From an uncultured Acidobacteriota bacterium (GTDB taxonomy: Bacteria > Acidobacteriota > Thermoanaerobaculia > Multivoradales > UBA5704), in contig CAVYRF010000002.1 of NCBI GenBank assembly GCA_963770895.1, positions 5,248,001 to 5,312,000 on the forward strand: a stretch of DNA of 64,000 nt, in the 5' to 3' direction. Below are positions 56,251 to 64,000 of the stretch, piece after piece; the stretch's first letter is position 1; every line of letters begins with the position of its first letter. Under the pieces are notes generated by a model. The model was not told the origin of the DNA. It ran no database searches and saw only the letters and a program-made list of their open reading frames with translations. The position numbers and the translations under genes are program-made.

Positions 56251-57647
56251 TGAGCCAGCCCGCCCAGCCCACGTCTCCGACGCCCCAGCCTCCGCCCCAG
56301 TCGCCTTCGCCGCAGCCTCCGGATGCGGCCGATCAGCCGGCGGCGCCGATCTCCGTCGAGTCCATCCGGGATCTGCGCCACCACCTCGGCCGCGAGATCG
56401 AGCTGCCCGGCTGGCTCGACAACAAGCGCTCCAGCGGCAAGATCGCCTTCCTGCAGATCCGCTCGACCGGCGGCACGGTCCAGGCGGTGGCCAGCCGCGC
56501 CGAGCTGCCGCCGGCGGAGTGGGAGCAGATCGAGCGCGTCACCCAGGAATCGACGGTGCGGCTGCGCGGCCTGGTCAAGGAGGACCGGCGCGCGCCCTCC
56601 GGCGTCGAAGTCCAGCTGCTCGGCTTCACCATCCTGGCGTCGACGCAGGACTTCCCGATCACGCCCAAGGAGCACGGCACGGCGTTCCTGATGGAGCACC
56701 GCCACCTGTGGCTGCGCTCCACCCGCCAGCGCTCCGCCCTGCGGGTGCGCAGCGAAGTCGAGCAGGCGGTGCGCGACTTTTTCTACCAGCGCGACTTCAC
56801 CCTGATCGATTCGCCCATCCTCACGCCGGCGGCATGCGAAGGCACCTCGACGCTTTTTGAAACCGATTACTTCGGCGACAAGGCGTACCTGTCGCAGTCC
56901 GGCCAGCTCTACCTTGAGCCGGCGGCGGCGGCGCTCGGCAAGGTGTACTGCTTCGGGCCGACGTTCCGCGCCGAAAAGTCGAAGACCCGGCGCCACCTGA
57001 TGGAATTCTGGATGGTCGAACCGGAAGTGGCGTTCCTGGAGTTCGACGGCCTCTGCCGGCTGGCCGAAGAGTTCGTGCGCTTCCTGACCGGGCGGGTCCT
57101 GGAGCGCTGCCAGCCGGAGCTCAAGGCGCTGGAGCGCGACACCACGCGGCTCGAGCGCGTGCTGGCACCCGAGCCGTTCCCGCGGCTCACCTACACCGAG
57201 GCGGTGGACATCCTGCGCCAGGGCGGCGGCGCCATCCAGTGGGGCGACGACTTTGGCGGCGACGACGAGACCAAGCTGGCCAGCCGCGGCGATCGGCCGC
57301 TGCTGGTGACCCACTTCCCGACCTCGTTCAAGGCGTTCTACATGCAGCCGGCGGCGGACAACCCGGACGTCGTCCTGGGTCTGGACCTGCTGGCGCCGGA
57401 AGGCTACGGCGAGATCATCGGCGGCAGCCAGAGGATTCACGACCCCGAGCTGCTGCGGCGGCGCATCCAGGATCACAACCTGCCGCTGGCGGCGTTCCAG
57501 TGGTACCTCGACGTGCGGACCTACGGCGCCTTTCCGCACAGCGGCTTCGGCATGGGGATCGAGCGCTTCGTCGCCTGGATGTGCGGCCTGACCCACCTGC
57601 GCGAAACCATTCCGTATCCGCGCATGCTGTACAAGATCTACCCCTGA
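56250..57647 (+). CDS. asnS: asparagine--tRNA ligase
   Basis: YLSQSGQLYLE, FGPTFRAEKSKTRRHL.EFWM, GEIIGGSQR, PHSGFGMG.ER. Confidence 0.97.
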   Translation: MSQPAQPTSPTPQPPPQSPSPQPPDAADQPAAPISVESIRDLRHHLGREIELPGWLDNKRSSGKIAFLQIRSTGGTVQAVASRAELPPAEWEQIERVTQESTVRLRGLVKEDRRAPSGVEVQLLGFTILASTQDFPITPKEHGTAFLMEHRHLWLRSTRQRSALRVRSEVEQAVRDFFYQRDFTLIDSPILTPAACEGTSTLFETDYFGDKAYLSQSGQLYLEPAAAALGKVYCFGPTFRAEKSKTRRHLMEFWMVEPEVAFLEFDGLCRLAEEFVRFLTGRVLERCQPELKALERDTTRLERVLAPEPFPRLTYTEAVDILRQGGGAIQWGDDFGGDDETKLASRGDRPLLVTHFPTSFKAFYMQPAADNPDVVLGLDLLAPEGYGEIIGGSQRIHDPELLRRRIQDHNLPLAAFQWYLDVRTYGAFPHSGFGMGIERFVAWMCGLTHLRETIPYPRMLYKIYP

Positions 57648-57648
57648 C

Positions 57649-58770
57649 ATGGCGCCGGCGGCGGCGGGCTCCGCCCGCGGCGCGGGCACCAGGGAGTACC
57701 TGACCCTGGCGCTGCTGGCGCTCATCTGGGGCACCACCTGGGCGGCGATCCGCATCGGCCTGGGCGGCATCGCGCCGTTCACCGGCGTCGCCCTGCGCTT
57801 CGCCATCGCCGCGGTGGTGCTGGCCGCCGTGGCGCGGTGGCTCGGTGTGCCGGTGGCGAGCGCCGGCGGCCGCGGCGGGGCCGCGGGCGATCAAGGCAAA
57901 GCCGCCGGCGATCGCGGCACGGCGGCAGGCGAGCTGAGCACGGCCGCCGGTCATCGCGGCGGGGCCGCAAGCGATCGGCGCGGGGCCGGTACGCGGCCGT
58001 GGCGGGTGTGGCTGGCCAACGGCGCGCTCACCTTTTTTGTTGCCTATGGCGTGCTCTATTGGGCGGAGCAGTGGGTGCCGTCGGGCCTTGCCGCCGTGCT
58101 GTTTGCGACCTCGCCGCTGTGGGTGTCGCTGTGGGCGCACCTGGCACTTCCCGGCGAGCGCTTCAACGCCGCCACCGTGGCCGGAGTGGTGGTCGGTTTC
58201 GCCGGCGTCGCGGTGATCTTTTCGCAGGACCTCGCGGCGCTGGGCGGCCCGCGGGTGGCCGGCGCCGCGGCGCTGCTGCTGCTGTCGCCGCTGGCTTCGG
58301 CGCTGGGGGTGGTCGCGGTCAAGCGGTGGGGAGGCGGGCTGCACCCGCTGACCATCACCACCGTCCCCATGGCGCTGGCGGCGATCGCCATGGGCTGCAT
58401 CGCCGCGGCCGTGGAAGGCGGGCGGCCGCCGCGCTGGGACGCCGTGTCGGTCGCGGCGCTGCTCTACCTGGCGCTGGTCGGCTCGGCACTGCCGTTTGCG
58501 CTGTATTTCTGGCTGCTCGGCCGGCTGCCGGCGACCACCACGTCGCTGATCAACTACGTCACGCCGCTGGTGGCGCTGCTGCTGGGGAGCGCGGCGCTGG
58601 GCGAGAGGGTCACCCTGCGCACGCTGAGCGGCGCGGCGCTGGTGGTGGGCGGCGTCGCCGTGGCGCTGCGCGGGCGGGGCGCCGGCAGCGGCGGCAGCCG
58701 CGGCGCGGCAGCAGCGGCAGCAGCGGCGGCCAGCCCGGAAGCGATCCCGGCACCGCTGGGCGACCGATGA
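57649..58770 (+). CDS. EamA/DMT family transporter
   Basis: LIWGTTW.AI, LRF.IA, PSGLAAVL, YLAL.GS..., YVTPLVA..LG...LGE. Confidence 0.9.
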   Translation: MAPAAAGSARGAGTREYLTLALLALIWGTTWAAIRIGLGGIAPFTGVALRFAIAAVVLAAVARWLGVPVASAGGRGGAAGDQGKAAGDRGTAAGELSTAAGHRGGAASDRRGAGTRPWRVWLANGALTFFVAYGVLYWAEQWVPSGLAAVLFATSPLWVSLWAHLALPGERFNAATVAGVVVGFAGVAVIFSQDLAALGGPRVAGAAALLLLSPLASALGVVAVKRWGGGLHPLTITTVPMALAAIAMGCIAAAVEGGRPPRWDAVSVAALLYLALVGSALPFALYFWLLGRLPATTTSLINYVTPLVALLLGSAALGERVTLRTLSGAALVVGGVAVALRGRGAGSGGSRGAAAAAAAAASPEAIPAPLGDR

Positions 58771-58811
58771 GCGCCGGCGGCACCGCCGAACCGCGATAGG
58801 ATCTGCCGGCG

Positions 58812-60698
58812 ATGCCTACCCGCGAACACAGCCGGCGGAAGCCGGCCCCGCATGGCACTCACCTGGCCGGCCTGGCGCTGGCAGCGCTGGGCGTCGTCTA
58901 TGGCGACATCGGCACCAGCCCGCTGTACTCGCTGCAGGAGTGCTTCCGCGGCGCGCACCCGTTTGCGCCGACGCCGCCAAATATCTACGGCATCATTTCC
59001 CTGGTCTTCTGGACGCTGGTGGTGGTGGTGGCGGTCAAGTACCACCTGTACGTGCTGCGCGCCGACAATCACGGTGAGGGCGGCATCCTGGCGCTGATGG
59101 CCCTGGTGCGCAGCAAGGTGCGCAAGCGGCGCGGCCTGTTCGTCGGGCTGGGGCTGTTCGGCGCGGCGCTGCTCTACGGCGACGGCGCGATCACGCCGGC
59201 GATCTCGGTGCTGTCGGCGATCGAAGGGGTGGTGCTGATCGCGCCGGCCGCGGCGCATTGGGTGGTGCCGGCGACGGTGGCGATCCTGGTGGCGCTGTTC
59301 GCGATCCAGCGCGGCGGCACCGGCGGCATCGGGCGCATCTTCGGACCGATCATGGTGGTGTGGTTCCTGATCGTGGGGCTGCTCGGCCTGCGCGCGGTGA
59401 TCCACCATCCGGCCATCCTGGCGGCGCTCAATCCGCTGCACGCGGTGCGCTTCTTCACCCACCATGGGATGCCGGGCTTCCTGGTTTTGGGCGGGGTGTT
59501 CCTGGTGGCGACGGGCGGCGAAGCGCTCTATGCCGACATGGGCCACTTCGGCGAGATGCCGATCCAGATCGACTGGTTTTCGCTGGTCGGCGTGTCGCTG
59601 GTGCTCAACTACTTCGGCCAGGGGGCGCTGCTGCTGGAAAACCCTGCCGCCATCGATCGCCCGTTCTATCACCTGGCGCCGGATTGGGCGCTGGTGCCGC
59701 TGGTGGTGCTCGCCACCCTGGCGACCATCATCGCCTCGCAGGCCATCATCTCGGGGGCCTTCTCGCTGACCCACCAGGCGATCCAGCTGGGCTACCTGCC
59801 GCGCATGAAGACCATCCACACCTCGGCGGAGGAGACCGGACAGGTCTACCTGCCCGGCATCAATTGGGTGCTGATGGTCGCCACCGTCGGCCTGGTGATC
59901 GGCTTCGGCTCGTCCGACAACCTGGCGGCCGCCTACGGCATCGCGGTCAGCTTGACCATGCTGATCACGACGCTGCTGGCGGCGATCGTCGCCCGCCTCA
60001 TCTGGCGCTGGCCGCTGGTCGCCGTCCTCGGCGTCACCGCTCTGTTTCTCACCTTCGACCTTGCCTTCGTCGTCGCCAATCTGGCCAAGATCGCCGCCGG
60101 CGGCTGGTTCCCGCTGCTGGCCGGAGGCTTGGTGTTCGCCCTGATGTCGAGCTGGCGCCACGGGCGCGAGCTGCTCGAAAGCCGGCAGCACATGGGCTCG
60201 CTCAAGGACTTTGTCGCCGGCGTCGAGGAGCTGCACGTGACGCGCGTTGCCGGCACCTCGGTGTTCCTGTCGCGCCACGGCGCCCGCGTGCCGCCGGCGC
60301 TGCTGCTCAACGAGCAGCACAACCACGTGCTGCACGAGCGGGTGGTGATCCTCACCGTCCTCAACCAGGACGTTCCGTACGTGCCGGACGGGCGGCGCGC
60401 CGAGGTCGAGGAGCTGGGCAAGGGCTTTTTCCGCGTCTCGGTCCGCTACGGCTTCCTGCAATATGCGCGGTTCTCGGACCTGCTGCGCCAGATCGCCCAT
60501 CGCGGTCTGGATCTGCGCGTCGACGGCACGACGTTCTTCATCGGCCGCGAGATGCTGGTGCCCAACCGCCAGCATCCCTGGATGCAGCTGCGCGCCCGCG
60601 TCTTCTCGCTGATGGCGCGGCTGGCGCTGCGTCCCGCCGACTACGTGCTCATCCCCTGCGGGCGCGTGGTGGAAATCTGGTCCCAGGTCGAGCTGTAG
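58812..60698 (+). CDS. kup: KUP system potassium uptake protein
   Basis: LGVVYGDIGTSPLY, ADNHGEGG, GDGAITPAISVLSAIEG, EALYADMGHFG. Confidence 0.97.
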   Translation: MPTREHSRRKPAPHGTHLAGLALAALGVVYGDIGTSPLYSLQECFRGAHPFAPTPPNIYGIISLVFWTLVVVVAVKYHLYVLRADNHGEGGILALMALVRSKVRKRRGLFVGLGLFGAALLYGDGAITPAISVLSAIEGVVLIAPAAAHWVVPATVAILVALFAIQRGGTGGIGRIFGPIMVVWFLIVGLLGLRAVIHHPAILAALNPLHAVRFFTHHGMPGFLVLGGVFLVATGGEALYADMGHFGEMPIQIDWFSLVGVSLVLNYFGQGALLLENPAAIDRPFYHLAPDWALVPLVVLATLATIIASQAIISGAFSLTHQAIQLGYLPRMKTIHTSAEETGQVYLPGINWVLMVATVGLVIGFGSSDNLAAAYGIAVSLTMLITTLLAAIVARLIWRWPLVAVLGVTALFLTFDLAFVVANLAKIAAGGWFPLLAGGLVFALMSSWRHGRELLESRQHMGSLKDFVAGVEELHVTRVAGTSVFLSRHGARVPPALLLNEQHNHVLHERVVILTVLNQDVPYVPDGRRAEVEELGKGFFRVSVRYGFLQYARFSDLLRQIAHRGLDLRVDGTTFFIGREMLVPNRQHPWMQLRARVFSLMARLALRPADYVLIPCGRVVEIWSQVEL

Positions 60699-60788
60699 CG
60701 GCGGGGGCCAGGCGCCGCCTGCGCGATGGCCGCGATGGGCGGCGCGCGGGCGGCGAGTCCTGACGCCAGGGGTGGCGATCCCCGATGG

Positions 60789-61373
60789 CTAGCCGATGCT
60801 GCCGGGGCCGGTGCGGCCGCTGACCACCATGTGGGCGCGGCGGTTCTGCGACCAGCAGCTCTCCTGGTGCTCGCTGCACACCTGGCGCTCGGAGCCGTAG
60901 CTCACGGTGCGCATGCGGTTGGCGGCGACGCCCAGCGAGGTGAGGTAGCCCTTGACGGCGTTGGCGCGACGCTCGCCCAGCGCCAGGTTGTACTCCTCGG
61001 TGCCGCGCTCGTCGCAATAGCCTTCGATCATCAGGTCGAAGCGGTCGTGCGTCTTGAGCAGGCTGGCGTTGCGCTCGAGGTGCGAGCGGCTGTCGTCCTT
61101 GAGGCCGCTCTTGTCGAAATCGAAATAGACGTCGGGGCTGAAGCCCAGCCGGCGCAGCTCCGCGTTGACCACCGCCATGTCGGACGACATCAGCGGGTCC
61201 TCGGGGGCGTGCGTGGCGGGAGTGCTGGCCGGCCGCACCTGCGGCGCGGCTGGCGCCGGCGCGTTGTTCTGCGCCGCGGCGGCCGTCGGAGCCGTGACCG
61301 GCTTCTTCTTCGGACAGCCGTAGAGCACCGTGACCACGGACAGCAGAGCGACCCAGATTGCAGCCTTGCGCAT
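60789..61373 (-). CDS. pal: peptidoglycan-associated lipoprotein (OmpA family)
   Basis: Lipobox LYGC, VYFDFDKS, EGYCDERGTEEYNLALGERRA, SYG.E, NRRA. Confidence 0.92.
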   Translation of the reverse strand: MRKAAIWVALLSVVTVLYGCPKKKPVTAPTAAAAQNNAPAPAAPQVRPASTPATHAPEDPLMSSDMAVVNAELRRLGFSPDVYFDFDKSGLKDDSRSHLERNASLLKTHDRFDLMIEGYCDERGTEEYNLALGERRANAVKGYLTSLGVAANRMRTVSYGSERQVCSEHQESCWSQNRRAHMVVSGRTGPGSIG

Positions 61374-61657
61374 CAGGACAGTCCTCCTTTCGAAATGGCG
61401 ACGCCTGCGACAGCGGTCGACGCGGCGGGCGCGACCGCTGGGGCAATCCCAGGCGCCGCCGCGAGCCACTGTACCAGGAATTGAATCGCAAGACGATAGG
61501 ATCGCAAGGCGATCTACTGCCGCCACCGCCGCCCGGCGCGATGGCCCGGAGCAGGGGAGCGGCTCGCCTGCGTCGTGGTGGTGTCGGGGGGGCGGCCGGC
61601 CTTCGCCGCGGCCGCGTCATGAGGGCGGCTGGCTTTCGTCGCGGTGGTGGGGGCTGA

Positions 61658-63391
61658 TCAGATGCGCGGTGCTTCGACGCCGTGGCGCAGCAGATCCAGG
61701 CCCTGGACGGCGGTCGAGGCGATGACGGCGGTCAGGCGGTCGCCGGCGCGCAGGATGGTGTCGCGCGAGGGAACCTCGTCGCGGTTGCCGCGCTGGATCG
61801 TCACCAGCAGGCAGCCCGGCGGCAGGCCGAGGTCGGCGACGCGCCGGCCGTCGAAGGGGGCGCCGGCCTCGACCAGGAGCTCGACGAGCTCGGTCGCCGC
61901 CGCTTGGCCGCCGGCGGCCATGCGGCCGCGCATCAGGTCGCGCTCGAGCAGCGCCTCGTAGATGGGCTGGTCGCGCATCAGGTCGGCGATGGCGTAGGCG
62001 ATGAAGCAGGCGGCGATCAGCGGCAGCATCAGCGAGTAGCTTTCGGTCATCTCCAGCAGCAGCACGATGCCGGTGAGCGGCGCCCGCACGATGGCGGTGA
62101 AGAGCGCCGCCATGCCGACGACGGCAAAGGCGGTGTGGTATCCCGCCGCGCTGGGCAGCAGGTGCTGGCCGACGAGCGCCACCAGCAGGCCGGTCTGGGC
62201 GCCGATGACCAGCAGCGGCGCGAAGATGCCGCCCGCCGTGCCGGTGCCGTAGCTCAGCATCGTCATGCCAAACCGCAGCACCAGCAGGACGACGAGCGTT
62301 CCCAGCGCCACCTGGCCGGCCAAGGTGTCCTGGACCAGCCGGCCGCCGCCGCCCAGGGCGGTCGGCGCGAACCAGCCGACGATGCCGACGGCGGCGCCCA
62401 CCAGTCCGGCGGACAGGCCGAGCGGCCAGCGGGCGGCGCGCTCGAACAGCCGCAGGCTGCCGAGCAGCGTGCGGTTGAAGGCGATGCCCAGCAGGCCCGC
62501 CAGCACGCCGAGCAGCAGGAACAGCGGCAGGCTGGAGATGGGCGGCACGGGCGGGCTGGCGACGTGGAAGACGGGCGACTGGCCCATCAGCAGCCGTTCG
62601 ACGACGTCGGCGGTGACCGAGGCGACGAACGCGCCGGTCAGCGCCCCCGGCGCGAAGTCGCGGCGCAGCTCTTCGAGGACGAAGATCACGCCGGCGAGCG
62701 GGGCGTTGAACGCCGCCGCCAGGCCGGCGCCGGCGCCGGCGGCGATCAGGGTGTGGCGCTCGCGGGCGTTGCCGCGGAACCACAGGCTGACCATCTGGCC
62801 GAGCGCGCCGCCCATCTGGACGGTGGGGCCTTCGCGGCCGAGCGCCAGGCCGCTGCCGATGCCGAGCGTGCCGCTGAGGAACTTGACCCACAGGACGCGC
62901 CGCCACTTGATGCCGCGCAGCCGGTGCAGCACCGCCTTGAGGTGCGGGATGCCGCTGCCGCCGGCCTCCGGGGCGAAGCGGCGCACCAGCCACAGCGCCG
63001 CCGCCGAGCCGGCGCCGCAGGCCGCCATGATGAGCAGGATCCCCGCCGGTGCCGGCAGGCGATGCGCCACGTAGAAGAGCCGTTCGCGCAGCCGGTCGGC
63101 CGCATCCAGGGTGTAGCGGAAGGCCGAAGCGGTGAGCCCGGCCAGCACGCCGACCAGGGCGGCGCGCGGCACGACGCGGCGGCGGCGCTCCTGGCGGCGG
63201 GCGAAATCGCGGATCTCGCGGCGGATGTCGCCCTGGGTGATGGCGGCGCCCGCGGCCGTCGGTTCCGCCGCGGCGGCGGAGTCCGCTTCGCCCGCCGCCC
63301 TGGCGGCCGCGGCAGACCCCGGCGCAGCCAGGTCGCCCCGGCCCTGCTGCCGCGAAGCAGCGGGGGTGGAGAGCGGGTGCGGCCGCGGCAT
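61658..63391 (-). CDS. clcA: ClC H+/Cl- exchange transporter with C-terminal TrkA-C domain
   Basis: GSGIP, GREGPTVQMG, AFNAPLAG, GGIFAP, RAPLTG, PIYE; start uncertain. Confidence 0.93.
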   Translation of the reverse strand: MPRPHPLSTPAASRQQGRGDLAAPGSAAAARAAGEADSAAAAEPTAAGAAITQGDIRREIRDFARRQERRRRVVPRAALVGVLAGLTASAFRYTLDAADRLRERLFYVAHRLPAPAGILLIMAACGAGSAAALWLVRRFAPEAGGSGIPHLKAVLHRLRGIKWRRVLWVKFLSGTLGIGSGLALGREGPTVQMGGALGQMVSLWFRGNARERHTLIAAGAGAGLAAAFNAPLAGVIFVLEELRRDFAPGALTGAFVASVTADVVERLLMGQSPVFHVASPPVPPISSLPLFLLLGVLAGLLGIAFNRTLLGSLRLFERAARWPLGLSAGLVGAAVGIVGWFAPTALGGGGRLVQDTLAGQVALGTLVVLLVLRFGMTMLSYGTGTAGGIFAPLLVIGAQTGLLVALVGQHLLPSAAGYHTAFAVVGMAALFTAIVRAPLTGIVLLLEMTESYSLMLPLIAACFIAYAIADLMRDQPIYEALLERDLMRGRMAAGGQAAATELVELLVEAGAPFDGRRVADLGLPPGCLLVTIQRGNRDEVPSRDTILRAGDRLTAVIASTAVQGLDLLRHGVEAPRI

Positions 63392-63400
63392 GGCGGCATC

Positions 63401-63946
63401 ATGGCCGAATTGCGCCGACTTGTCGAAGCGCCGCCGACAGAGGTCAGCGGCGAAGCAGCTTCGGATAAGCTTCGCCGCGTGGAGTCCCTGCACGTGGTGC
63501 TGGTCGAGCCGGAGATTCATTGGAACACCGGCAACGCCGGCCGCACCTGCCTGGCCGCGGGGGCTCGCCTGCACCTGGTGCAGCCGCTGGGGTTTTCGCT
63601 CGACGATCGGGAGGTGCGCCGAGCCGGTCTCGACTACTGGCCGCGGGTCCAGCCGCGGCTGTGGCCCAACTGGGAGAGCCTGGAAGCGCGGCTCCCGGAG
63701 CTGGGGGAGCCCTGGTTTTTCAGCAGCGAAGGGACGCGCGACCTGTGGAGCGTGCGGTTTGGCGAGCGGGTGGCGCTGGTGTTCGGCAAGGAGAGCGTCG
63801 GGCTGCCGATGGGCGTGCGCAAGCGCTACAGCGAGCGGCTGCTGGCGATCCCCATGGCGGACCCGGCGCTGCGCTCGCTCAACCTGTCGAGCGCCGTCGC
63901 CGTGGCGCTGTACGAGGTCCTGCGCCAGCGCGCCGCGGGTCAGTGA
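63401..63946 (+). CDS. trmL: tRNA (cytidine/uridine-34 2'-O)-methyltransferase
   Basis: LHVVLVEPEIHWNTGNAGRTC, RRAGLDYW, FGKESVGL, RSLNLS. Confidence 0.92.
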   Translation: MAELRRLVEAPPTEVSGEAASDKLRRVESLHVVLVEPEIHWNTGNAGRTCLAAGARLHLVQPLGFSLDDREVRRAGLDYWPRVQPRLWPNWESLEARLPELGEPWFFSSEGTRDLWSVRFGERVALVFGKESVGLPMGVRKRYSERLLAIPMADPALRSLNLSSAVAVALYEVLRQRAAGQ

Positions 63947-64000
63947 TGGGCCAGGACCTTCGCCGCGGCCTCTTCGGCGGGGACCAGCTGGTTGCCGGGG

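Overview
High-GC bacterial window, most consistent with Acidobacteriota/Thermoanaerobaculia. This is an inference from the ADOP-type permease, the IPTL-CTERM-like proteins and the acidobacterial-type DinB. About 1-21.1 kb is a tandem pair of integrative elements at the 3' half of a tRNA-Phe (att fragments at 6124-6170 and 21083-21097), each ending in a closely related arm-type tyrosine integrase. The second (~15 kb) looks like a phage satellite: it has a TerS-like gene, AlpA-like HTH, primase, TA pair, HerA-like ATPase and NDT/TIR-like protein, and has been invaded by IS256, IS3, a nested IS1182-like IS and group II introns. The most striking unexplained signal is a module present three times in these elements. 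A small minus-strand gene carries a -10-like hexamer on the opposite strand exactly 21 nt inside its start codon. Upstream of each gene lies a 14-bp/7-nt-loop hairpin that pairs fully or nearly fully only on the antisense strand (G.U wobbles). This is a SymR/SymE-like antisense-sRNA layout on proteins that do not look like SymE, and a group IIC intron has inserted 3 nt after one of the hairpins. Other notable items: three orphan lanthipeptide-like precursors (one absent from the ORF track), a 612-bp non-autonomous IS21-like element carrying only a Zn-finger gene, and many deletion scars (Cas3, CusA, DnaC/IstB, ADOP/NRPS, OSBS, DinB/SDR). From ~23 kb onward are a TetR-SDR cluster, large secreted proteins, an ABC exporter-SnoaL-DyP operon, GH15, AKR, an S53 protease and housekeeping genes (rnc, asnS, kup, pal, clcA, trmL). 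All calls come from reading the sequence; no searches were run.
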